DNA of 64,000 bases from Paraspadella gotoi (Eukaryota > Animalia > Chaetognatha). Where the stretch lies: contig CM119264.1 in assembly GCA_051294375.1 (NCBI GenBank), positions 129,846 to 193,845 on the forward strand, in the 5' to 3' direction. The translations under genes were made by a program, and so were the position numbers. Below are positions 27,456-40,276 of this stretch, one piece after another. A model generated the notes under the pieces. That model searched no databases. It was not told where the DNA came from and worked only from the letters and a program-made list of their open reading frames with translations. Every line of letters begins with the position of its first letter. Position 1 is the first letter of the stretch.

Positions 27456-28039
27456 TTTCACACACACTTTTTCCTAAAAATTCCCATTTAGTTACTGAAA
27501 AAATAAACTTGCAAACTTTCTACGTTCGTCTTTTTTTGGAAATGAGCGCCACATTTTTGTCCTCATCTTCGTCGTCGTCATCATCGTCGTCGTCATCATT
27601 CGTCGTCGTCGTTCATCTCGTCATCATCATCGTCGTCCTCGATCATCGTCGTCATCGTCGTCGTCGTCATTCATCGTCGTCGTCATCATCGTCGGTCTTA
27701 AGTCGATTTCATCGCTCGTCATCATCCATCGTCGTCATCATATTCAGTCGTCATCGTGCGTCGTCGTCATCCATCGTCGTCGCTTCATCATCGTCAGTAG
27801 GTCATTCATTCGTCGTCACATCAGTCATCGTCTGTCATCATCTCGTCGTCGTCGTCATCATCCCCGTTCGTCATCTTCGTCGTCGTCGATTCATCATCGT
27901 CATGATTGTCGTCGTCATCATCGTCGTCGTCATCTTCATTGTCATCGTTGGCCTCTATTCTTCATCAAGCAACGTCCTGCCACATATAACGAAGATATTT
28001 TCTGCTAAGATTGAATGACAGTGAAAGAGAAAGAGACAT

Positions 28040-28077
<38 letters not shown>

Positions 28078-28149
28078 GGTTCTTATTTTCCTATCAGCCT
28101 TCCTCTTCTCTTCTTTCGTCGCCATTCGTTCGCAAATACCTTTTTTTTC

Positions 28150-28220
28150 TTTTTAGTTGCGCCGCGAGTACTCGCGAAGCAACTCTATAAATCACTTTTC
28201 GGTCGGTCGGTATGTTTGTC
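28150..28220 (+). mobile_element. Helentron/HINE-like element end (related: 39580-39740, 49670-49840; ~29200-29379 and ~32190-32255 reversed)
   Basis: T-run, then hairpin AGTTGCgcCGCGAGtaCTCGCGaaGCAACT, then a (GTCG/GTCY)n microsatellite: DINE-1/HINE architecture. 29345-29373 has an analogous hairpin agtcgga.tctgc..gcagatccgact before an A-run. Confidence 0.55.
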
Positions 28221-29703
28221 CTATATGAAATTGGTACAACCAATATAAAAATTATCCATTCATTTAATAAATAAGCTATCTTGCCCCTGACTTTGGACAG
28301 GCTTTGGTGGTTTAAGGCCTCCATCATGTAATTCATTTGTTAAGACAGGAATAGAAGCTCAAATCTAAGTGACTGCTCGCGCCGCCTTTAGTAAATCCTA
28401 AATCAAGTTTGAGCAAACAATGTCGGATCTGCCTACCATCATTAGCGGTAATTAATTATTTTTTTAATTAATTAAATTAATTAATTTATTATTTGCCTAA
28501 TTAAGTAATTAATTAATTTGATCAAAGATGTTTGTTTTTAGATCTTTTCCTCACTGATCACGATAAAAGCAACGATGACGATGATGGCGATAACGATTGA
28601 CTTACTTGATTGATTTTGATTGATTGATTCAATAATTAATTAATTGATAAATAAATTGATTGATTCAATAATTAATTAATAGATAAAAAAATTTATTTAT
28701 TGAATAATAACTTGATTGATTAATTGACTGATTAATTAATTAATGATTAATTAAATGATTAATTAATTATTGATTAATTAAATGATTAATTAATTATTGA
28801 TTATTGATTATTTAATTCATTAATTATTTGATTAATTAATACCTCTTGCATTTACATTCTAAAATGAAAAAAACATAATCAAATAGTAAAACAGGTTTGT
28901 TTTTTTTTTATTTAAACTCAATTCCACTCAAACAATTCCATCGAAATTAATTTGCAGCCTAATCACACACTTTCCTAACCATATAAAAAAAAGTTTAAGT
29001 CAATTGCCGCATCCACTTTCGAGTAATTGGCGTTCAAATAGTGAAATATATTTTTTTTCCATTTAAACTCATTTTCACTCGCACGATTCCATTGAAACTT
29101 TACATCCAGCTCAATCACACACTTATACCTATCCACACACGAAATTTCATTCCAATACATCCATCCAATTACGAGTAATTTGAGTTTTTTGCTTAGGGGG
29201 GACGGACGGACATACGGATGCACAGGCGGACGGACGGAAATCATTTTTTGCATAATTTATCATAATTTGATGTTCTGACATTATCTAAGTGAATGCCCGA
29301 CAAGATTGGGGGGTGGACCGACGGACCGACAAAGTGGACTAAAGAGTCGGAATCTGCGTTTAGCAGATCCGACTAAAAATTAAAGAATAAAAGACAATGC
29401 AGTAAATGTTGAAGTTATACAGCAATATATGTGAAAAGAAAGTGAATTTAGCATTTTTGGACACACATTGGAATTCCTGTTTGGCTGATCTCTCTGTCCC
29501 TTAAATATGTATATTTTTAACGATTGCTTGATCTAATATGGTTCTATGGTCATAGAATATATGTCTAAGTCATATTTCATTAAAATGTTATAGATGTGTG
29601 ATCTAAGATTCATATTAAATGTATATTATGTCATTGCAGCGCAACATTGTGAACTTGCATAGTGAAATTCCGGTTTTTCTTTCTTCCTTTCTTTTTTTTC
29701 CTT

Positions 29704-29792
29704 TTATTTCTTTTTTTCCTTTTTTCCTCTGTTTTTGTTTTTCTTATTATTTACGGTTGATATTGTTGGCTGTGACAAAATAAGCAGAAAAC
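29704..29792 (-). CDS. IgSF membrane protein, probable last coding exon (end of TM helix and basic tail)
   Basis: (CT)n-ttaccag acceptor, phase 1: (G)FLLILSQPTISTVNNKKNKNRGKKEKKK*; completes the TM helix from the previous exon. An internal donor ACC|gtaaat is possible. Confidence 0.65.
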
Positions 29793-30442
29793 CTGGTAAG
29801 AGAGAGAGAGAGAGAGAGAGAGAGGGAAAGAGAGAGAGAGAGAGAGAACGACCGGCGAAAACAACATCATATATTGATGCGGTTTTCTTAATTTCAGCGG
29901 CGAAAATTATTCTGATCATAAATCTCATTATAACTCTTATTATAAATCTTAAAATAAATCAAGAAACACGCCCAGGTCTTCTTTGAATATTTCAAGTCTT
30001 TTGCAGAAATTTGCTCATAAAAAATAAATTTTCTCTGAAGGAAATATATATATGAAAGCAGCTGAGACCTTATAATGTATTAATTCATTGGTTATTCATT
30101 ATTCAAAATATTTTATATTGAAATTTTGTTATAAAATTATTGAGGATTACTCCGTGTCCCTCGCTTTTCTCTATCTCTCTCTCTCTGGTTTCCAACAAAA
30201 ATGTCTGCTTAAATTGTGAGTTAGAAAGAGCCCATGCTTATTGTCCACTAGAAAATTAGAATTGATCAGTTGTTCAGTACCACTTATGAAAACTCAAAAA
30301 AAATATTAATACTTACAAATGATAAAATAAGGTAGATTTTTAGGGTAGTTTAAAGTCCTAGCCTGAAGCTCGCACTTTCGTTTTTCAATATCAATATCAA
30401 TAGTTATATATCTCTCTGTCTCTTTCCCTCTCTGTCTATCTC

Positions 30443-30563
30443 CCGTGAGAAAAACGAGTTATGTTAGAATGGCCAACAAAACCACGAAGAGCTGTTCGGT
30501 CGTCAATTTGGCGCCACCTTTGGTGTCTGCGGGAGTCTCATTCTTTCTCTCTCTCTTTTTTTT

Positions 30564-30595
<32 letters not shown>

Positions 30596-30832
30596 TCTCC
30601 CATGAGAAAAAGAAGTTATGCTAAAATGGCCAAGACAACTACGAAGAGCTGTTCGGTCGTCAATTTGGTGCCACCTTTGGCATCCAACAGAGTCTATTTT
30701 TTTTTCTCTCTCTCTCTATCTCTCTCTCTCTCTCTCACCCATGAGAAAAGCAAGTGATGCTAGAATGGCCAACACAACCATGTTTGGTTGTCAATTTGGG
30801 GCCATCTTTGGCATCCGACGGAGTCTCATTCT
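30443..30832 (-). pseudogene. Three tandem degenerate copies of the 3' half of the TM exon
   Basis: Copies at ~30443-30543, 30599-30696 and 30738-30832 read like DAKGGxKLTTEQLFVVxLAIL; two carry TAA, one is frameshifted; separated by (CT)n. Confidence 0.85.
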
Positions 30833-30879
30833 TTCTCTCTCTCTCTCTCCCTCTCTCTCTCTAACTTTCTGTCTCTCAC

Positions 30880-31062
30880 CCGTGAGAAAAGCGAGTGATG
30901 CAAGAATGGCCAATACAACCACAAAGAGCTGTTCGGTCGTCAATTTAGCTCCACCCTTGGCATCTGAAGCTGGCGCCAGTTCGAGGTAGAGATCATCTCC
31001 TTCTGAATCTTTTGACCGAGAGTTGGAGGTGTCGTCAGTTGTGTCTGAGGCGCTGGAGGAAG
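30880..31062 (-). CDS. IgSF membrane protein, stalk and TM exon
   Basis: ctccacag acceptor and G|gtgaga donor; 183 nt, phase 1-1: (A)SSSASDTTDDTSNSRSKDSEGDDLYLELAPASDAKGGAKLTTEQLFVVVLAILASLAFLT. Confidence 0.85.
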
Positions 31063-31446
31063 CTGTGGAGTTAAGGAGGGGTGTTAAGGAAAGTTGGGGG
31101 AGAAACCATTAGACAGAACGTAACACCCTAAAATATTAACAAAATCTAAAAGAAGATGACATTATCATATTATCTAGTAATAGTGATGGAGGCCTTAAAC
31201 CACGAAAGCCTGTCTATAGTCAGGGGCAAGATAGCATTTGTTAGAATTTGAAAATTGTACTAAGTTATCAATTTTTATTCTTTGAGAAAAGTTATTACTT
31301 TAATGAAATGATGATTGTATTTTTGGGTTCCTCCCTCTCTCCCTCCCTCCTCTCTCACCCCTCCCCATCCCCTCCCCTCTCTCCCCTCCCTATCTCCCTC
31401 CCTCCTTCTCCCTCACCCTTCCCTCCCCTTTCTTCCTTTCACTTAC

Positions 31447-31597
31447 CCTCTTCCCTCCCTTTCGTCCCATGACTTTGTCTACACGAAGGATCGAAGGAGA
31501 CATTGTAAGCTCGGTCCCCGACGTTGTTGCGGGCGAGCAAGAGAAGGTGAAGATCTCGCCGGAGAGAGATCTGTGCCATGCGGGCTTCGGGGCGGGA
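31447..31597 (-). CDS. IgSF membrane protein exon (Ig3 F-G strands)
   Basis: ctctctcag acceptor and G|gtaagt donor; 151 nt, phase 0-1: SRPEARMAQISLRRDLHLLLLARNNVGDRAYNVSFDPSCRQSHGTKGREE (A-x-N-x-V-G motif). Confidence 0.8.
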
Positions 31598-31664
31598 CTG
31601 AGAGAGAGAGGGAGAGGGGGAGGGAGAGAGAGAAGGAAAGAGAGATAGAGAGGAGCAGAGAATG

Positions 31665-31757
<93 letters not shown>

Positions 31758-32254
31758 GAAGGGATATAGATTCAGTATTAATATTTTTTCTCTTGATTAA
31801 ATCGATAATACTAGAGCCGCTAATGACCATAAAATCTCAGATTCCAGGCCGATCATCGAAATGTTTACAGATTTATTATATAATATATTAGTAACCTCAC
31901 CTTTTTTTGCTTTTCCCCAAAAAATAATATCGTTTTTGTATGAAGAGTATTAATAAGTGAATATTTATTCAGGTTATACACCAAAAGTCTAATTCATTTT
32001 AAAAACTTCAACTTAACAGGAAGAGAAATTCCAGTGTTGAGCCTCAGTCTTTCTTTTCTCCTTTATTTCTATCTTCTGCATCGGAATCTCCTATTTTAAT
32101 CCTTATATTTTTCGCTATAAAAAAATGTAGCGCTTGCAGTCGCTTAGATTTGGGGTTCCAGTCTTGCTTTAACCAATGAGCAGCCAACTAACGTAAGTAG
32201 TTCAGACAGACAGACATACCGACCGACTGACGGACCAACCGACTTATCGAGTCA

Positions 32255-32720
32255 TAGACAGAGTGAGAGAAAGATAGAAATAGAAAAGATAGAGAATGTG
32301 AAAGAAAGATATAAATAAAAAGGAGAGTGAGAGAAAGATAGAAATACAAAGGAAAGAGAGTAAGAGAAAGATAGAAATAGAGAAGAGAGAAAGTAGGAGA
32401 AAGATAGAAATAGAGAAGAGAGAGAGTAGGAGAAAGATATAAATAGAAAAGAGAGAGAGTAGGAGAAAGATATAAATAGAAAAGAGAGAGAGTAGGAGAA
32501 AGATATAAATAGAGAAGAGAGAGAGTAGGAGAAAGATAGAAATAGAAAAGAGAGAGAGTGGAAGAAAGATAGAAATAGAAAAGAGAGAGAGTAGGAGAAA
32601 GATATAAATAGAGAAGAGAGTAAGAGAAAGATAGAAATAGAGAAGAGAGAGAGTAGGAGAAAGATATAAATAGAAAAGAGAGAGAGTAGGAGAAAGATAT
32701 AAATAGGAAAGAGAGAGAGA
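32255..32720. repeat. ~33-35 bp purine-rich minisatellite
   Basis: Unit agagagagtaggagaaagata(t/g)aaataga(a/g)aag. Confidence 0.9.
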
Positions 32721-33329
32721 CAGAGAGAATCTTCCCCATTCACCACCTACACGACGTTAATGAAATCTGCCCTGTGACTTTGGAAGCGACAAAAGGCGGC
32801 GGCTGCGGGCGGCGGCTGCGGGCGGCGGCGGGCGGCAGCTGGCGGCGGGCGGCAGCTGCGGGCGGCGGCCGGCGGTTAGGAGATGAATATCGGAAACTGG
32901 GCGAACATTAGAGGAGAACAAAAGAACAATAGTCGGACAAAAGAGAAATGTTCAGTCGGAAGGCAGCGCTGGTTTCCTCGACTACCGGCGACGAAAGTTA
33001 AAAACTGGATTCTCTAATCGAAACTTCTTTCTTTCGTTGTTTTGGTTTTTTTTTTGGGTTTTTTTTTTGTTTTTGGAGGGAAAAAGAAATCGATTTAAAA
33101 AATCGATGATCCAGTCGCCGCCAATTAATTTTATCATTTTAAATGTTTCAATGTTTTGAAAATGATGTACGTACTCCATCAGGCCAACGAAGGAAGGAGT
33201 TGAAACAATTTAATTTACTCTTATTTTTACTCGAATGAACCTTAGATAGATTTTTCTTTTCTTTTCTTTTTCTTTTCTTTTTTCCTTTCCTTTTCTTTTT
33301 CTTTTTCTTTTCTTCTTCAATTTCGTTCC

Positions 33330-35280
33330 AGTGCTCATAGACAAATTGGAAGAAACTGCAAAATTAAAGAGATAATATTAATAGGAATGTTTTGTAAAAA
33401 AAAGAATCGGTGATTCGATGTTGTTGCCGCGGCAGTGAACCTTGACTTTTCACGTGTTTGATTAGTGTACTATATTACGTAATGAAACTATACTGCATTG
33501 GGAATTTCAATCTTTTATTTTTTTTATATGATCTCTTCATCTTTTCTTTATAGATATTTTATACTATTCATTACTAAACCTACCTTAACTACTCTCTCAT
33601 CTCTATTATATATCTTGCGTGCTACGTACCTCTCTACATGCTTTTTCTATCTTACATTATTCTTTCTCCTACTCTCATTCTTCTTTTCTTATTTTTTTAA
33701 ATACATACGATCATATATTGCACAATTCTTTCCATCTCTATATACTTCAACTGGTACTTTTCACCAAAAATTATGAACTAAAATTTGCGTATCTTTACAA
33801 ATTTAACTTACCTTTCTATCTTTTCTCGATGTTTTTTTTTTTGCCGACATAGAAATACTATCTCAGAAATACCAATAATTCTTATACCCTCGTCCTGGGA
33901 CAATGTAGTTTTCGTATTACAATGAGGCTCCATAAAATGTTTAACAGCGAACTAAATACAACAAAAAGGGAAAGATAGAAAGAAAAAGAGAATCTAGTGT
34001 GCGGACATGCCAGTAAAGCAATTTCAAAATGAGGGGCCAACTCAATAACGGGACTCTCGGGAAGCTATCCATCCTTCTCGCCTGCTTGAAGGCCAGGACC
34101 CCAGATAACAACCAGACCTGACCGACTCTAACTTCCGCGACCCTGATCCGATTTTCCGTTTCCCGACCCCCCCAAGTGTCCCGCAGAGTTGCTATTTCTC
34201 TCCGTTCGATGTACTTTCTCAGGGCTGCAAACTAACAAAAATGGAATTATTAACGAATCCGCGACCCCTTTATCCTATTAAAATTTTTCTTCTCTCCCGG
34301 AGAAAAATTAAAAAATAGAGGGAAGCCGTAATTAGTATATGAGGATAATCTGTTAGTTAATCTAGACCGATATAAGGGGTGGAGTTAGAGGAAAGGTGAG
34401 GAATTGGCAAAGATAGCTGTTCTTGACGTCACGGTAGCATGCACTTAGTTGTATTATGTTATTATACGTGTTCTATTAGTCACTATTCTCTATCTTATTT
34501 CTATTTATGTCATATGCAGGAAATTTCTCTCGCACTTCTGGTCGAATGACAGTGCGATAAGATCTGTATATGGAGTAACTCGTATAAGACAGCTCAGGTC
34601 GGATATGTCTGTCGTGGTGACAGGTGAATGAAGTAGAAATTAAGAAGAGCCAGAGAGGAATAACGGTTATAGAAGTATAAATTCTTATGAACAAGGTGAT
34701 GAGCAGTGGCTGCTGCGATGATAATAGAAGTATTGAGGTATATTAGAAGGAAGCAGAGCAAGAGGCGGTGAAACGCGCGTGCAAAGTAAGATGTTACGAC
34801 AGAGGTGGCGAAAGTGGACGGTACATAACAATAGGATTATGAAGGAGAGGTAGAGGGGAAGTAGTAGCAGAGATAATAAATAAAAGAGGTAGGAAAGTAT
34901 TACGAAAGTTAAAGAGATGAGGGAAAAGGAGATCTGCTGAGGTGCAGAAGATAGAAAGATAAAGGAAGGAAAAGGTAAGAGAGGTACATAGAGTTAGAGC
35001 TGGCGACACTAGGAATTACGCATTCCTGAGGTAGGTTTTAGTTATATATGGAGAGACTGTAATCAGTATAATAGCAGATATAGCATATGAGGTATAATAT
35101 CCGTAATCCTCGATAGAGCGTTGAAAGAGAGAGGAGACTGAGAGAGTGAATGTGAAGCACACGATAATGGTGAGAGAGAGAGGAGAGATATCAGTCTGAT
35201 TATTGCGATAATGAATCTCGTATATAGCAGAAGGACGGTTATAATGTAGGAAAAAAGTAGGAGAGTTAAAGAGAACATTG
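33330..35280 (-). other. Very noisy inverted copy of ~39000-40190, probably a raw long read
   Basis: 33340-33530 matches the reverse complement of 40020-40190 and 33950-34200 matches 39600-39800, with many insertions; bracketed by a ~300-bp direct repeat (32990-33310 / 35285-35590). Confidence 0.75.
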
Positions 35281-35539
35281 GCGTAAGTTAAAAACTGGAC
35301 TGCCGCGCCTGGGAAATAACGAACTTCTTCTGGTTTTTTTTTTTTTTGTTTTTTTTTGTTTTGGAGGGAAAAAGAAATCGATTTAAAAAATCGATGATCC
35401 AGTCGCCGCCAATTAATTTTATCATTTTAAATGTTTCAATGTTTTGAAAATGATGTACGTACTCCATCAGGCCAACGAAGGAAGGAGTTGAAACAATTTA
35501 ATTTACTCTTATTTTTACTCGAATGAACCTTAGATAGAT

Positions 35540-36386
35540 TTTTCTTTTTCTTTTTCTTTTCTTTTCTTTTTTTCCTTTTCCTTTTCTTTTTCTTTTCTTT
35601 TCTCTTTTTTAATTTTTCTTTTTCTTTTTTTTTTTCTTTTTTTTCTTTCTTTTCTTTTTCTTTTCTTTCTTTTCTTTTCTTTTCTTTCTTTTTTCTTTCT
35701 TTTCTTTTCTTTTCTTTTTCTTTTCTTTTCTTTCTTTTTCTTCTTCTTTCTTTTCTTTCCTTTTTTTCTTTTTTTTTTCTTTTTCTTTTCTTTTTCTTTT
35801 CTTTTCTTTTTTTTTTTTTCTTTCTTTTTTTCTTTTCTTTTCCTTTCTTTTCTTTTTTCTTTTTTTCTTTTCTTCTTTTTTTTTCTTTTCTTTTTTTTTC
35901 TTTTTCTTTTTCTTTCGTCTTTCTTCTTTTCTTTCTTTTCTCTTTCTTCTTCTTCTTTATTTTTTCTTTCCTTTTTTTTTTCTTTTTTCTTTTTTTCTTG
36001 CTTTTTTCTTTCTTTTTTTCTTTTTTCTTCTTTTCTTCTTTTTCTTTTTTTTTCATTTTTCTTTTCTTTTTTTTCTCTTTTCTTTTTCGTTCTTTTCTTT
36101 TCTTTTTCCTTTTTCTTTTCTTCTTTTTTTTTTCTTTTATGTCGTTTTCTTTTCTATTTCTTTTCTTTTCTTCCATTTTCTTTTTCTTTTCTTTTTCTTT
36201 CCTTTTCTTTCCATTTTTTTTTCTTTTCTTTTTTTCTTTTTTTTTTTTCTCTTTTCTTTTTCTTTTTTCTTTTTTTCTTCNNNNNNNNNNNNNNNNNNNN
36301 NNNNNTTTTTTAATTTTCTTTTTCTTTCTTTTTTTTTTTTCTTTTTCTTTTCTTTTTTCTTTTTCTTTTTTCTTCTTTTTTTTTTC

Positions 36387-36418
<32 letters not shown>

Positions 36419-36575
36419 CTTTTCTTTTTTCTTTTCCATTTTCTTTTTCTTTTCTTTTTCTTTTCTTTTTCTTTCCATTTTTTTTTCTTTTCTTTTTTCT
36501 TTTTCTTTTTCTTCTTTTTCTTTTCTTTTTCTTTTTTTTTTCTTCTTTTTCTTTTCTTTTTCTTTTTCTTTTTCG
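35540..36575. repeat. ~1 kb T/C low-complexity tract containing a 25-N gap
   Basis: Almost pure T/C; source of the 396-aa K/R/E ORF. Confidence 0.95.
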
Positions 36576-37239
36576 TCCCCCAAAATCGAAAAGCGTTTCT
36601 ACAGATTTTCGATTTGTTTTGCTCATGTTTCATTAAATATTCGTTTGTTTTTATTCTTGTTTTTATACTTTACTTTTAATTTTTGAATAAGTTATTTCTG
36701 TTTAACATATTTTACCGTTTACTCTTTCTTTTTTCCACCTTTGCTTTTTTCAGATTTGTTTTGCTCTTTCATCCCTTTGATATTTCCTTCTCCTTTTTCT
36801 TATTACGCATTTCTGCTCTGACCAATTGCTTCATTCCTCATTACCCAAAGCAATTACGTTCAAAACCCCGTTATTCTTTAATCTTTGCTTTTTTTTCTTT
36901 ACCGCTTTTGAAATCATTGCTTTATGATTGCTTTCATGTTTCATACCTTTTATCTTTGTTAGCTTTGGTAATTGAGCTTAATGAAAAAAAACAAATTACT
37001 GTCTTCTTAACTATTCTTTTCCTTCTTGTTATATTCTTACAGTTTAATTTATAAATAAATAGCGATTCCATTACTGTTTCCATTTCTGTTTCCATTACTG
37101 TTTCTATTACTGTTTCTATTACTGTTTCCGTTACTTTTTCCATTATTTCTTCCATTATCGTTTTCTCGGTTCAGCAAATCCACTTCTCATAGAAAAATCA
37201 ATTACTTGGTTAATCGTCCCTTTTGTTGCTCCACTTTGC

Positions 37240-37970
37240 GTCATTTCGCCATTTGGGACACATCATTTTACAAGTCAGCGCTACATAATTTTGTCAGTTG
37301 GTGCTACATCAGCTTGCCCGTCGGCGCAACATCATTTTGCCAGTAGGTGCTACATCATTTTGCCAGTTGGTACTGCATCATTTTTTCAGTCGGCGCTACA
37401 TCATTTTGCCCGTCAAAAATACATCATTTTACCAACCGGTGCTACATTATTTTGCCATTCGGTTTAAGTCATTTTGACAGTTTATGCTACATAATTTTGC
37501 CTGTCTACCTTTATCATTTTGCCAGTTTTTGTGACCTGGGAGATGGGTATCTAGCTAAAGGTAGGTACTAACTAGTCTCTCATCAGGGAAAAGAGGTAAG
37601 TAGGGTAAGTATGTAATGGTAATAGGAAAACAGATATAACAAAGGGTATCAAGGGTCCATAAAAGGGAGAGAAGGGAGAGGGAAGGTTTGCAGACCCCGA
37701 GACCGAGAGGAGAAGTTGAGAGAGTGAGTCCGATCTCCAAGACTTTATCCGTGACTCGGGGATGAAGAGGAGGGGACGGCGGAGGGAGAGGAGGGCGTTG
37801 AGAGGGGGAAGAGAAGGCCCGGGGGAGAGAGGTTCTGGCGGTTAGGGTGAGCCTCTATCTTGGTGACATCATTTTTCATTCACGCTCATCATTTTTGCCA
37901 GTCAGCGCTACAATCATTTTGCCAGTCAGCGCTACATCATTTTGCAAGTTTTTGCTACATGATTTTGCCG
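37240..37970. repeat. 21-bp minisatellite interrupted by an insertion (duplicate 47325-48060)
   Basis: Unit gctacatcattttgccagtc(a/g). Confidence 0.85.
37530..37868. mobile_element. Solo-LTR-like insertion (duplicate 47616-47957)
   Basis: 339-bp purine-rich block with TGTGACC...GGTGACA ends splits the minisatellite; no TSD seen. Confidence 0.4.
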
Positions 37971-38060
37971 AGACTCAATTTCGTAGCTTCGCTTGACATC
38001 TATGATGAAAGATCACGAAAAAAAACCATAGCTTCGCTTGGATTCACTCGCTCTCTCTCC

Positions 38061-38129
<69 letters not shown>

Positions 38130-38245
38130 GCACGCAATCCATGAACCGTCTTTCTCCCTTTTCATTAATTCTCTCCCGATATCACATCATTTTCGGGTGT
38201 TTGGTTTTGGAACAATATTCCGACTCATATTGGACTCATATCTAT

Positions 38246-38329
<84 letters not shown>

Positions 38330-39029
38330 GCTTCTCTCTCTTCTCTGCGGTCCGAGAGTCGTCGATCCACGAACGATTAAACGCGGGAATACTGTACACG
38401 GTGTTGGGGGGAAAGAAGAATATTTTTAGTTAATTTTTTGAATGCATTTAGAATAGTATAAAATCTAAAGAACAACAAAAGCATTTAATTAAAACATTTT
38501 TGAGAAATATATTTTTAAATTATAATAAAAGAATTAACATTGATAACAATTTAATTCCACAGATTATTTGAAGTCAATTTAATTTAGCTGGATTTTTTTA
38601 TCAATGAAAAAGTTATTTTTGATAAATTTAATTTATGAAATAAAAAAATTCCTTCTATCAGTAAGTCAGTGAGTAACATCTTATAAATATTAATTATTAA
38701 ACTAAACTAAATAGTTTCCTTTCCAAACAAAAACCTGTACCCTTTTTTACCCCGAGTCTTTAAAGGATGGGAAATTAACTGAGTTTTTTCTCTTGGATCG
38801 ATTCGTCCAATAACTCAAAAAAAAAAAGAAAAAAAAGAAAGAGCAGTCGTATTCCCGGCGGCCGCACGCAATTTTAACTTACCCATTGTTTCGCTTTACT
38901 CGTCCTTACTTTTCCTTACTTTTATTTAACTCCTTTCGTCTTTAATATACGAGATTTCAGTTTGCTTCTACTTGTCATATTTCCCTTTTTTTCACCTCAT
39001 TACACACCATAAACTTCTCATTTTAAACG

Positions 39030-39480
39030 CCCTAATTTTTCAACTTCATACCTCCCCTAAATTATAACTTCATACCTTCCCTCATTCATTCTTTTAACTT
39101 GATACCAGTCCCTTGTTTTTAAACTTTTACCTCTCCTTACCCTTAAGCTTTTAACTTCATACCTTCCCACATCTCTTCTCCTTCAACTTCATACTTTTCT
39201 CCTTTTTATCTCGATACCTTCCCCTCTCCTTTCTCCTTCATTCCTTTCTCTACTCCATTCACTTTTAACTTCATACCTTCCCCTGTCTCTTCTAATTATA
39301 CTTTTATCTTTCCCCTGCTCCTTCTAAATTATACTTTCATACCTTCCCCTGCTCCTTCTAATTCTACTTCATACCTTCCACTGCTCCTTTTAATTCTTCC
39401 TCATACCTTCCCCTGTTCCTTTCTAATACTACCTAACTTCCTTCTTCTCCCACTTCATACCTTCTTTCATTCCTCACCTT
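39030..39480. repeat. Pyrimidine-rich minisatellite (duplicate 49120-49570)
   Basis: Units of about acttcataccttcccctgctccttcta. Confidence 0.8.
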
Positions 39481-40192
39481 TTTAACTCCCCTTCGGTCAT
39501 TAACTCATTTCCTCACTTCCTTTCCCTCCTTTTTTATTTTTCGAAAAAATTTTATTGTCGCGATTCTTTATTTCCATTTTTTTAGTGCGCCGCGAGTACT
39601 CGCGGAGCAACTCTCGAGACACTTGGGTCGGTCGGTCAGTCGGTTGGTCGGTCAGTCTGTGTATCTGTCTGCCTTCAACGCGAGAAGGGGGATGTGATAG
39701 CTTCCCGAAGTTCCGTGATTGAGTTGCCCCCTCATTTGGATGGAATGCTTGACTTTGTCTCCCTGATCTCTTTTTTTCTATTTTTCCCTTTTTTTTGTTT
39801 TATCGTTAACATATGAACCTTTTGACACCATTCCAGTAATTATTGTTTTCTATGTTTTCTTTCCAAAAAAAAAACTCAGGTAATAATTTATCAATTTAGT
39901 TCATATTTGGTTTTGAAAGTGAGTTAAAATAATTTGATTGGCATATGTGTATTGTATTAAAAAAATATGAGTAACTGGTAGCGCTATATTTTGTTTTTAA
40001 AGATATCATATAAATCATATAAAAAAAATAAAGATTGAATCCCAATGCAGTATTTTCATAGTAATAGTAGTCACATAATCAACGTGAAAGTCAGTCACTG
40101 CCGCGCAACACATCGGAATCACCGTTCTTGTTTTTTTAAAAATTCCTATTATATATTTATCTCTTTAATTTGCTTTTTTCAATTTTCTTTAA

Positions 40193-40276
<84 letters not shown>

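Noticed and set aside
31175-31237. Hammerhead ribozyme or SECIS-like motif (tgatgga...cgaaa)
   Set aside because: No CUGANGA core or valid stems; other copies of the repeat lack GAAA.
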